Below, piece after piece: positions 13,376 to 24,657 of a stretch of DNA of 64,000 nt. This stretch comes from Microthyrium microscopicum (lineage: Eukaryota). The stretch is from contig MU004234.1 of NCBI GenBank assembly GCA_010405405.1, positions 957,275-1,021,274 on the forward strand. The letters are read 5' to 3'. Made by a program: the position numbers and the translations under genes. Every line of letters starts with the position of its first letter. Position 1 is the first letter of the stretch. A model generated the notes under the pieces. It searched no databases, was not told the DNA's origin, and worked only from the letters and a program-made list of their open reading frames with translations.

Positions 13376-13542
13376 TCAAAGCTTCGATGCTTTGGCTGTC
13401 TTTTTCAGTACTTCCAGCGCATCTCTTCTTACTTCTTCCGTGATCTGTCGAGCAGACATCGATTGCGTCACTAATCCAACACCAGTCCCTGCGTAGGTCG
13501 TCAACCGCCCGTTTTCTCCCCATCCGCTATCTCTAGCTTTTA
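13376..13542 (-). pseudogene. Detached 3' end of the nitronate monooxygenase gene
   Basis: Minus strand reads KA(R)DSGWGENGRLTTYAGTGVGLVTQSMSARQITEEVRRDALEVLKKTAKASKL*, the in-frame continuation of the ORF broken at 16685. Confidence 0.93.
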
Positions 13543-16500
13543 GGCAATTGTTAAGTGGCCTCAGCTAATTCTGAGGTAGCCCTAGAAGGATCTTAGGTAG
13601 CCTCAGCCGCCATTATCTAAATAATTATCTACCAATCCTATATTAATCTAACCTTAAGTAGCCTTAGTCTAACCTAATATAGTAATATCTTAAAAAATAA
13701 AAATAGATTACTACTAAGCCTTACTTCTAACTTTATATCTAACTTTATATCCTTAATTATTACTACTATTACTATAACTACTACTTCTTTATAATATAAT
13801 TACTTAACTATAAACTAACCAAAATAGACTAATTTAACGTTTCTTATATCCTTAACCTTTTCTCTACTAACGTTATTTATCCTACCTAGTAAAAAGGCCT
13901 TAACGCTATTTATGTTTATAGTAAAATCTATAAATATTATATTAAATAAAAGCGTAGTTCTCCCTCTAAATTAAATCCTAATAATGTATATATTTAGTAT
14001 ACTAAAACTAGTAAACCCTTTTACTATAGAGATACCTTCTATAATATTAAAAGCGTAAAAGATTATTATCCTTATAACTATTAAATTATATAAAGCAAGA
14101 ATAAAGCTCTTCTAAGATAAATTATTAATTATTAAGGTACCTATTATAACTATCCTATAGTATAAATAGATACTACTTATGCTACTATTTAATTATAGGC
14201 TTAAGAAGCTTTAAGAATCTACGACGAAGTTACTACTTTATCTTTAAATAAGAGGACGTTACTAAGTAAGATAATAATAACCCTTTAATGTAAATATCCT
14301 AACCTTATAATTACTATTTAGGATATCTATAATATAAGAAGCCTTAATAAGATAATTTAACTTACTAGATATACCTTAATTAATATTATAGTAGCTAAAT
14401 TATATACGCACCCTAAATTTATATATAAAATCTAAGTATGCTAAAATAAGCTTATAAGCCTATTATTAGTATCTAAATAGTCTATTAAGCTTTATTAAAC
14501 TTATCCTAATATTTTACTCTTTAATTTAATATACTAAACTAATAAATATAAGATGCTAATATTCTATATTAATATAGTAATAGCAATAAATAAATACTTT
14601 AGCGTAGCGTTTATATATATAATAAGTAAAGATAAAGTATAATATTAATAGGTGCTAAAAGCGTTTAATAAGAAGATTTAACTAGGAATTTCTCTCCTAA
14701 ATATTGTCCTTATAGACTACTACTTAGTGCTAAAGAATGCCCTTATAATGTTAATTCCTAATTCTTAATTAATATGTTAATATTACTATAAAGAAGCTAT
14801 TTATCTTTATATTAAGACATGTTAGAATTATCTTTAGTATCTTAAGGATCCTATAGGAAGGGCTATTACTACGCAGACTTAAGAATTAGCCTATAAGCTA
14901 TAGTTAAAGGTAGCTAAAATTCCCCTACTATTAGAGTTAATTTACTAATAAATTTATAGGTTCTTTACGCTTTAATAAAGCTTAAACTAAACGCTATATA
15001 AGAATATCTTAATACTATATTAAAAGTAGATAATAAAGGTCTCTACTTTATATTATATCTTAAGAAGACCTAGATGCTATAAAAATATTAACTTTATAAC
15101 GTCTATATCTCTAGAGTCTACTATTTAGGTATAAAAATAATTTCTCTACTAGAAGGATTATATAATGCTATTAAAGAATAGATTTAAAAGAATAGTAATC
15201 TTCTCTCTATCTTAAATACTCTAAAGGACGCTATTAAGGTTTAATATAAATAACTAAAAGATACTATAGGCTATGAAGCTAAATACGCGCTATATAATCT
15301 ACTACTATAGTATCTTCTTATTATATTAAGAATATTCTACTACTTTATTAGTAACTACGCTCTAGATTTAATAAAGAAGCAATATCTTAAGTATAAAAAT
15401 AAGGAATCTAGATAAGTTAAATATATAGAGTACTCTTTAACTTTTACTACTACTATAGGGTTATTATATAGTTATACTATTAAGCTAAAGCTTACTAAAG
15501 ACTCCTATTAGGTTCTTAATAAGGCTAATATTAATCCTTACTAGTTTTATAATTAATTTAAGTCTAGTAGAGAGTTAAATTATCCTTTATAATATCTTAT
15601 TAGTTAAGATCTATTGCCTAAAGTTACGTTAGGAATTTAGCCTTTAGATATTATTTATAGTAGTAAACGTCCTTAAGCATCTTAGTCTAATGCTTAGCCT
15701 AATTAACGCCTATAGGCTTTAATAAGTTAAATACTATTTTATACTAAGCTTTAGCCTATTCTATTGCTAGTGATAGTTAATATAGTAGCTATAGTAGCTA
15801 TAGCGTCTTAAGAATTTATTAATATTAAAGATTTAGATACTAAACTTATATAGACTTATACTATAGAACGCTAGCTACTACTAGAAGCTATAGAAGTAAT
15901 AGATCTTATAGTAGAATTAGGCCCTTCTTTATGACTTTAGCTAAATTTAAGCTTATAATCTTCTCTAGCTAAATACTAACGCTAAAATACTACTCTTTTT
16001 ATTTAATCTTTACCTAAATAAGTATTAAGTAAACGTACTATAGCTTTATTAAAGAAGGTACTTTAGATTAAAGTAGATTATTAGGCTATATAGATTAAAG
16101 AGCTAGAACGCTATTAGGCTAAGCAAGAGCGCTATTAAGCTAATCTTAAAGAACATCTTACTAAAGCTAAAGCTATAGCTATAAAGGCCTAAATTATTAC
16201 TTTAATAGCTATTACTATTATTAAGATAATAACGTATAAAGAAGTTACTACTACTACTACTATTTGCGTGCTAATTTAATTAACTAGAGGCTTAAATAAG
16301 AGAAGAAAGAGGCCTATTTAGTAGTATCTAGATAAATATTCTTAAAGATAGTTTAATACTAAGAATCTATATAAAGATTGTATATAAATTAGCTATAGAA
16401 TATATATATTATCTTTAATAATAGCTAGTAAGTCTAAATCTCTCTAAGGGCCTAATTTAGGTATAAAATTAGTATTTTTAAAGTTAATAATCTATATGCG

Positions 16501-16684
16501 CCCTTTAGGCGTTAATATAATATAATAACTTAATTTTAAGTAATATTTAACTACTACTAAGGCTACCTTAGATCTATAGTTAATTTCCTATTTAGGTTTA
16601 GATCCATTAGATAACGGCGGCTAAGGCCACCTAAGATCCTTCTAAGGCCACCTTAGAATTAGCTAAGGCCACTTAACAATCGCC
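13543..16684 (+). mobile_element. Mutator-like (MULE) DNA transposon inactivated by RIP
   Basis: 78-bp TIRs (13543-13620 and 16607-16684) differing only by transitions. 9-bp TSD TAGCTTTTA (13534-13542) / CAGCTTTTA (16685-16693). Interior is extremely AT- and TpA-rich. Transposase relics: Y*TNKYKMLIF...YFSVAF (~14530-14615), IVLIDY...LKNAL...C*YY (~14700-14790), YLGIKIISLLEGLYNAIKE (~15120-15180). Confidence 0.93.
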
Positions 16685-17609
16685 CAGCTTTTACTGCTTC
16701 GGCATACTTCGACTTGTTTTCTGTCCAGTCTATTCCCGCCATAGCATCATGATAACTCTGGTTGATCACACCTCTTCCACCATACTCTTTCGGCCAATCC
16801 GTCGTCCCTCGCAATTGGTCGTAGATACTACTTCTCACAGTACACTTTCCTCCATTATGCCTCTTGATGATCTCGTCCTTGTAGCCCTTTGAGAGGTTTG
16901 CCTCGTGGCTTGCAAGATATCTCGTACCCATACAGACGCCATCCGCACCGAGAGCCAAAGCAGCCGCGACTCCTCGCCCTTCGACGATACCACCAGTGGC
17001 AATCAGTATTGGATACTCCGCTGCCTTCAGCTCGCCGCTTTCTACTAGTGTTCCCAGCCCTGACGATACTTCCGGCAGCAATGAGATGATACTCGCAGAT
17101 TGATTCAGTCCATGGCCACCAGCATCACAGCCTTGCACGATGAGAACGTCTGGTTTGCATGATTTGACGACATCCATGGCGTCGTCAACACAGCCAACTT
17201 GTATCCAGATTTTCGTCGCGCCATTAGTGAGGCTCCGAGTTCGCTGTGTCCATTCTACAAGATTATCGTTGTGCCGAGGAGCAAAGAGCCAGATTGCTGC
17301 TGGTTTGTATTTCTTGATAGATGAGAGAGCAGCCTTGAGATCAGCGCCCCAGTTGAGAAATCCTACACCAACTGGAAGAGTTCCGTGATTTGCGACAAGT
17401 GGTGGTTCAATTTTGCTCAGAAGCCTGCGCGAATCCTCAAGAATTTGGTCGAGGTCGCTTTGATCACTGCCCGAGCCTATAAATCCAAGTCCTCCGGCCA
17501 ATGAAACCTCAGTTGCCAGCTCCGACAGAGCTATTTGCCTCATCGGGGCACTGACAATGAGAGGGGCTTTCGCCCAAGGATATTGAGCGATTATCCGGCG
17601 AGTTCCCAT
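16685..17609 (-). pseudogene. Nitronate monooxygenase (2-nitropropane dioxygenase) family gene, 5' 309 codons, interrupted by the MULE
   Basis: IVSAPM, AGGLGFIG, IWIQVG, QGCDAGGHG, IATGGIVEGRGVAAALALGADGVCMGTRY. The frame runs into the TIR and ends RLLSGLS*. Confidence 0.93.
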
Positions 17610-18499
17610 GGTAAGGTCAATATTGTCAATATCAAGAGAACTCTGACTGTTGATATCGAGTTACAGAAAGTTATGTCGGTAACAGTCATGTCGCAGCGAC
17701 TCTGCATTTAGACTGCTAAGCTGAGGAGATGCAGAGCACAACTTACTTCCCTACAGCCGTTGAGCGGCATGACAGATGATTCACCACCACTAGCAGCGAT
17801 ACTTGTCGGTACGTTACCGTAGTGGGTACAATGCTAGTTGAGATCCACTTAATTTGACTGTATGCTTTAGTCTGTAAAGCTAAATGCATAACCTACTTTC
17901 ATTACCCTAGTTACTTTACGATTTCAACATTTTCAGGACCTCGATATTTAAATCATAGACGTGTATGACATTGCAGCTCAATGTCGCAGTATAAAACCCT
18001 AAAATGCACCACTTCTTGAATTGAGCGGGAGGTATAGAATATGTCACCCAGGTCGACAATTTGAACCAGAACAAACTATGGATGATATCTCTCGTACGTA
18101 TATGCTATAAGAGGCTGAATGACTTCTTCTCCAGCATTTTACGATGAGGGATCATTCAATGTTGCTAGATTAAAGATAATTTTGATGGTTGGGCTTTGCA
18201 CATTGATAGGTTCGTGTCGCTTTCTCAAACATGATTAATCTAAATTTTGATTGCTATAGGAATATCATCCATCAGGAACAGAACAAAATAGCAAGGGATT
18301 ATAATTCACTCTTGTAGAAAATGGCTACGTCTAGTTCGACGTCTTCATACGATTCTTTCGGAAGGCGCGAGCAAGAAGCATGTTTTCGGCGTGACAGTAG
18401 GCGCGCCGTAACTTCCATCACTTCACGGGACTATCGCGGGCTGGTCAAGAAATTGCCAGACTTCTAAATAGTCTCCAAACCTTTGCTGTATGGGGCGAG

Positions 18500-20284
18500 A
18501 TGAAGGTGTTCTCCAAGTCGGGAGGGTCTACTCCCCACGAGCCGCCTCAGCAAGCCGATTCCGTTCACAGTAATGAAACTCCATCCAACTCATCACAAGG
18601 GAAGAAGGAAGTGAAAACCAGAAGGCCACCCAGTTCGTTGACCCTGACTATCTCGCGTAAAGCAGGAGAGCTAAGTGTATAAACAGATTCGGCTTTCCGT
18701 CAGCAGAGATTAAAAGCATGGATGTATGGGAGTTTTGATCTTGACCCAAAGGTTCTGTTCACTGACTTTTGACCAAGGCCCATTCTTACCATACGGACAG
18801 TGGTGCCGTTGTATTTTGCTGCTGGTCTTGTTCTTAGTCCTATTGGAGGATGGTTTCTCTATAATAGTGCAAAAGTAAGTCCTGTTTGCCCAATCGAAGA
18901 GGCGCAGGTTGACTAATGGACTTCAAGGTCAAAGAAATTGCGCTCGATTATTCAAATTGCGCCAATGAAGCAGATGAAACATATGCCGACATGCCATCTA
19001 AGCTCGTTGAACATCATTTCAGATCTAAAGAAAAAGTCCAGTCGCCGCAGTGGAAAGTAGAGCACAACACCACAGTGCAATATATGGACAGTCTGGTAAC
19101 AGTGCCTGACACAACCAAATGCTACCTCCAATTCACGATCCCCGAAGACATGCATCCACCCGTTCTTCTGTACTATCGACTAGAAAACTTTTACCAAAAC
19201 CACCGATTCTATCTCGCCTCCTTCAGCGCCAATCAGCTTGCAGGAAAGGCCATCACAGCTACCCAAGCCACCAACAGCGACTGCTCCAGACTTGCAGTAA
19301 ACGAACATGGAAAAGTGATCTACCCCTGCGGCTTGATAGCGAACTCCATGTTCAACGACACCATCCTCTCACCTCGCGTACAGTTTCCGGCAGCTGGGAA
19401 TCTCAGCCATGTATCGATAGTCTATCCCATGTCAAGACGAAATATTGCATGGGAACATGACAAGAAGCTCTACAGTAGAACAAATTACCAGCCTGGTGAA
19501 GCAGTGCCGCCTCCGCACTGGGCTCGGAGATGGAATTACACAGTCAGGATGCCTGACCTTACGAACGATGAATCATTCCATGTGTGGATGCGAACTGCAG
19601 GACTGCCCAAGTTCAGCAAACTGGCCATGCGCAATGACCAGGAGACATTGAAGAAAGGCGTGTATGAGCTTGAAATCTGGGATGGTAATTCGGTTCACCA
19701 AGACCCAGAGTTCAACAGACTAACTGTGCCGCAGAGTTCAACACCACGCTTTACGGTGGCAAAAAATCTATTCTTATTTCAACAAGAACTGCTACTGGTG
19801 GAAGAAATCCATTCATGGGCATTGCTTATGTTATCGTCGGCGTTATTTGCATCTTGCTGGGGGGTACTTTCACCATTTTGAATGCCCTCAAGACTAGGTA
19901 CGTAGTGTCTCCAGGGACAAAACAAGTGAGCCTTTTGGATGGAGTTCCCGTCTTCTACGATGGCTGCCGTAACACTTATAACAGAGTGACTGCTTCAATT
20001 ACTATCGTAGTCGATCATCTCACGTAAGTTCTACGACATTGATGGGCATTAAAGCAGTCACTCTTCAAGAAATGTTATAGTAGCCATGGTAGGATGAGAA
20101 TAGTCATCGAAACGGCTGACTTATTTTTTCCCTGCAAGCTATCCTAGGTGCTGTCTTTCTTCTGCATTTATTGACTTTTCTTAGGAAACTCGGCGATGAC
20201 AGCCAGTTATCTTGGAATAAAGCAAGATCGAAAAAAGTCTTGAACCCGCCTCCTGCAGATTCTCGAGTGCTAGACAGTTTCTAA
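18500..20284 (+). CDS. CDC50: CDC50/LEM3-family phospholipid flippase beta subunit, multi-exon
   Basis: KTRRPP/DSAFRQQRLKAW/PILT, YYRLENFYQNHR, YPCGLIANSMFNDT, FHVWMRTAGLPKFSKL, GGRNPFMGIAY. The last exon RKLGDDSQLSWN (20185-20284) follows intron 19898-20184. Confidence 0.93.
19898..20151 (+). repeat. Long imperfect inverted repeat filling the last CDC50 intron
   Basis: AGAGTGACTGCTT (19983-19995) pairs perfectly with AAGCAGTCACTCT (20052-20064). CAGGGACAAAACAAGTGAGCC pairs with GGCTGACTTATTTTTTCCCTG, and further co-linear helices are present. Confidence 0.9.
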
Positions 20285-20890
20285 CTTCAAAGTTGCGGAA
20301 TTCGTAGAGCCTGTCATTGGTTTCTGGTGTCGATATTGGTGTTTGTATTCCTAGGTTTCCTAATGTCAGAATCCGCACTTGTTATTCCCTACATTTATTC
20401 ATTATATCTCTAACAGCCTCTCCGGTTCATAACTCACTCACTTTATCGATATTATGACCTGAATAAGGTAGTCGTATTCTGTCAAGACAATACAAAGTTG
20501 ATTTCTGAGTAGTAGTCTTCCGTGTTCATGAAGGAAAATGCATTCGCAAGTACACTGTACGGCCTGATAATCCCTGATTGATAGCCAATCAAAAGAACTG
20601 GCTAGAGTGGGCGCACGCTAGTGTCTAGCGTCCCGCGGCCCGCATCCCTAACCCACTCCTTTGCGCGCCAGGGTATCCACTTACGTCAGCGGCTGTCAGC
20701 TCCCATTGAGGCCATTCACTGAGAGACGAGCAGTAGATGCGATGAATAAACCAGGGAATACGTTGGTATCGTTTTGTTTCGATTACGATATAGCTAATTT
20801 GATGCGAGTGCAGCGTGTTCGTCCACTCTTCAAGGCTAAATCAGAATGCAGCCAAAGCTCAAAAGAGCGACCATGCATGCCACGAAGCAA

Positions 20891-21262
20891 CTACTTGCCC
20901 GAATTATATCGAGATCCACCTTGTCCATCGTTGTAGTAGTTCGAGCCGTTGGAGTTTGAGTAGTAATAGCTGCCGTTACTGGGACTGATCAGGTACATAT
21001 ACATTGAATTTAGTTCGCAAGACATACGTGTTGGAATAGTGGTAGGAGTTGGAGTTAGAGGCATTGGAGCCGTAATCGCGAGAACAGTAATGGTTTCCCT
21101 AAGCACGTTAATTATGATTTAGAGATGATTGACGTTCATGGCTCAACTTACCTGACTATTGGTGCCAGAAGAGGTGGTGGTGTAGCTCTGGCCATTACCA
21201 GATGAGTCGGAGCCGGAGCTAGCGTTGGAAGACGAATTGCCGGAAGAAGAGTTGCCAGCCAT
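20891..21262 (-). CDS. Small (89 aa) Ser/Asn/Gly/Tyr-rich fungal protein of unknown function, 3 exons
   Basis: ATG 21262; introns 21151-21099 and 21027-20979. Product MAGNSSSG...GTNSQ/GNHYCSRDYGSNASNSNSYHYSNT/NGSYYYSNSNGSNYYNDGQGGSRYNSGK*. Confidence 0.85.
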
Positions 21263-21723
21263 GTTGACGAAGTGTTGTGTCTTGAATGATCTTTGGAATT
21301 ATTTTTGTTTGGGTTGAGAGAGCGAAAGATTAGGAGAGATTGAGCTGGTAGGTGGAAGTTAAATACACATGTGCACCTGCTGCGGGGTGCAGATTCGCTA
21401 ATGTGTTGGAGTTTCCACTTTTCGACACCATTTAGGAATGGTACAGTATTGGATGAGAATTGACTTGGAGGGCACCAATGGAATCAAGCACTTTTATCGA
21501 CATTCTTCCCAAGTGTCCTGATATCAAGATGTTCAGGTCCTTCCGACGCCGGATCAACGATCGAATCAAAGTGTTTGAAATGATACAGAACTGCTTGGAG
21601 AAATTCCAGATGAAAATAGCAAGAAGCTTTCATTCATTTCTTGTTTAGATATGCTCGAGCTCCTGAGCCGCGTTGTGGGGACAGAAATAATTGGCCATGA
21701 CCTGGACTCGGGAGACTCTTCTT

Positions 21724-22300
21724 TCATGATTCTCTCTCTTTGAGCAACGCCTTGACTGGATGTCCAGCTCTTGTTTCCAGTTCTTTAGCCCCAAGCAACT
21801 TCATATACCACTTTTGAGCCTGTTCGCTACTTGTTACAAGCATAAGACCTCGCAGTGATGGTAAAGAGTTTGAATATTCGTTGACGCATTCCATCAGGAA
21901 ACTTCCAAGACCTTTGCCTTGATATTCATCCAAAACATATACATCCGTAAGGTAACAAAACGTAACGTAATCGGTGATGAGTCTGGCCAATCCAATCTGT
22001 AGCATCTGATCTTGACCATCTAGTAAACCATCAACATCCCAGTAGTCTTTTGGCGCATCGCAAGATTTCTGAGCGTAATTACTTACCAGGAGCTTCGAGG
22101 ATCTTGTAGAGTCCAAAGCACAAAGAGTTTTGTAGCATCGTGCGTAGTTGATTTCCGGAGAGTGATTCTGCCCACCATATTACATCTGAGCCCAAAGCCT
22201 TGTTGATTGCGTCTGGTTCTAGATTGGAATGGTTCGTCGAGACAAGAAAACTGTCCTTTCGCCAATTTAATGGTGCTTCCATCTCTTCGCTGTATGGCAT
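21724..22300 (-). CDS. GNAT-family N-acetyltransferase
   Basis: FLVST...NSLCFGLY, intron 22086-22020, then QIGLARLITDYVTFCYLTDVYVLDEYQGKGLG (acetyl-CoA motif A). Confidence 0.9.
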
Positions 22301-23639
22301 GAGCTTTTTCAAAATCAAGAGTGGCACAATTCAATTCTATGCTGTGTTTTCTTAAGAGAATTCGGACCTTCAAAACCTCGTGGGTCAAATAAGAGTTGTT
22401 GATGAGTCACCCGCCATCAGGCTAGAAGTTCCTTTCTAGCTTTAGCGGATACTGCTCCTTATTGAGTCCCTGCCAACATTGTTCTACTCATTTGTGAATA
22501 TGTCATAATATTTATGTGGAGGAAATGACGACTCATGTCGATTGAAACAATGAAGGCTGGGATTTGTAGCTGAAAGTTCGTCCATCAATATGTACATTGG
22601 CAATATGCCTACCAGAGACTGAGACTCTAATAACAAAAATGAGTAATGTAATTTGTTCTCTTGACTCTTCTAAAGAATGAGGAAAACAAAAATATATAAA
22701 CAATGAACACTTTATCTTGGTGTTAAAGTTAGTAGGTTTTTCGTACTATAAATCAACTTCTACTATGATAATCATGCCATGGCCTATGGCAGAGAATACA
22801 TGAAATGCTTTCAGCGTAGCCTATATTCAGTGGTAAGAACTATAATTATTAGTGCCGTATGCTAATATAGATGATATAAGTTGTCCACTACTATAATATT
22901 CTTGGAGATGACAGTCACACTACTATTGAATACTATGCGGCTAATGCCAATAGCACCTGGTAGTAGGCCGACTTACCAGGAAAGAACCTAAGACAACTTA
23001 ACATACTGGTACACCCAGATCTAAGATGTGGTTGCGAAAAGACAAACACTGAATACAAATATATTTCTTGGTACTTGTAGCAGAAATTGACCAACCATAT
23101 TAAGAATAGCCTCTAGTTTTGCAAGGCAGAGCTCCGGCTTAGGACCCAAACTTCAAATTCTTACGTTAAACGGGCTCGATGCCTGTGAAAACAATACATG
23201 GGGGGGGGAGTGTGGTTCGCGCAACTACATTCTACATCTGGGGGTAATGTGATTAGCCTCGTACTAGTTATAGAGAGCGCTAGTAGCATAATCTTTGCTG
23301 CTTAAGCCTACATCTTGCACTTGGGGAAGTATTACTTTTCTGTAATTGACTAGTGTTGTGAAGAATTTAAGGCAACTCCATCAAAGGCTTAGAATAGTTA
23401 CAAACGGATGAACGAAATGGATGGTAATCTACACCAGTGAGTCCTTTAGTAGTAATACAAAAAGCTTCATTTTGTGGATTAGAGTACCGACATTTCGAAA
23501 TGCCATACATGTGTCAATTGAACCATGGACTTAAAAGACACATAATTCTCGTCAGCAGCTAGAGTCAGTCTGACCTTTGCTTCATGATTATTCGTTACCT
23601 AGCATCGAAAGCATCGACTATTATTTTCACAGTCAAATA

Positions 23640-24238
23640 ATGAGAGTTCTGTCCGCCATTGCAAGCCTTCTTGCCGCCACGCCAACCTTTGGCATTGCGC
23701 TAAACAAATCTGCCTCAACGAACGACACATCAGCAAGCAGTTATATGACATTTCTCCGCACGCCGCCAGGTCCAAAAGATCCGGAGCCAGCTTGGATCGC
23801 ACACACGCGTGGTGCTCCACATGCCCCAGACTATAGTGAAAATTGCAATGCCAAGTTTGTCGCAACTTGCCTCCATTCCGTGTACGGTGAAATACTCGCT
23901 TTTCCAAGATCTCTTCTAATATGGGTGCACTTAGCAACTTCGTTCTTTTATTTAGACACCACATAACTGGAGTTGAACGTTACTGTCCCACTAACAACAA
24001 TGACAATTGCTGGGACTGGAAAAAGGAATTGGGCCACGATGGCTCGAAACTCAAGGCTATCCTATCGCCCGGAAGGTGCTGGCCTTCAAACTTCACCTTT
24101 GAGGTTGGCTACAACCACGAGCGAAATAATGACAAGGCTCCATACGGATTCTTTTGGGGTGCGAGTATACAAACGCCTCTCTGGTGTGACGATAGATATC
24201 TAAGAAAGAGAATGGACTGGCACGGCATACCTGAGTGA
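23640..24238 (+). CDS. Small secreted protein, ~174 aa, 6 Cys (effector-like)
   Basis: Signal-like MRVLSAIASLLAATPTFG; intron 23882-23955 (GTACGG..TTTAG) joins two ORFs in frame. Confidence 0.7.
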
Positions 24239-24657
24239 GTCGAGACTCAACTGAAAACCATTCCCGTTTCAGCTAATTTTGCACCCTTAGTCGGCGTAGG
24301 GAGGGAGACAGAGTCGTTGGCTTAGAAAAGAATCGGCATCTTCTGAAGTCAACAGGATTGCAGCAAATTAATGGGTGGGTGTAGATTATTAATGGTGAAC
24401 GGATGCAGAAACATTGAAGAATAAGTGGCTACATTGAGCTTGAAAATGCAATCTAGCAGGCATCCAGATGCTGATGGCAAAACCGGGGTTTGTATCAAGA
24501 AGGGCCTGGCTATCAAGTCAATGAACTTCGGCATACTGCTTGGTGATGAGACGAACTCGGCAATGTAAGGGAGTCATTCCTACATAATCTTGCGATCTTC
24601 GACACTTCCTTATATGTTTTCTCGATTAACAATGCCATGGCTCGCTTCACTGGACCA

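Noticed and set aside
13338..13523. Track ORF MGRKRAVDDLRR...
   Set aside because: Off-frame reading of the detached NMO 3' end.
13543..13620. Short spaced repeats resembling a CRISPR array
   Set aside because: Sub-repeats within a transposon TIR, mirrored at the other end; eukaryotic DNA with no cas genes.
13620..16607. AT-rich block as a mitochondrial insertion or centromere
   Set aside because: TIRs, a 9-bp TSD, CpA/TpG depletion and MULE motifs explain it.
20646..20654. CCCTAACCC as a telomerase RNA template
   Set aside because: Only ~600 bp lie between the flanking genes, filamentous-fungal telomerase RNAs are around 2 kb, and no pseudoknot was recognised.
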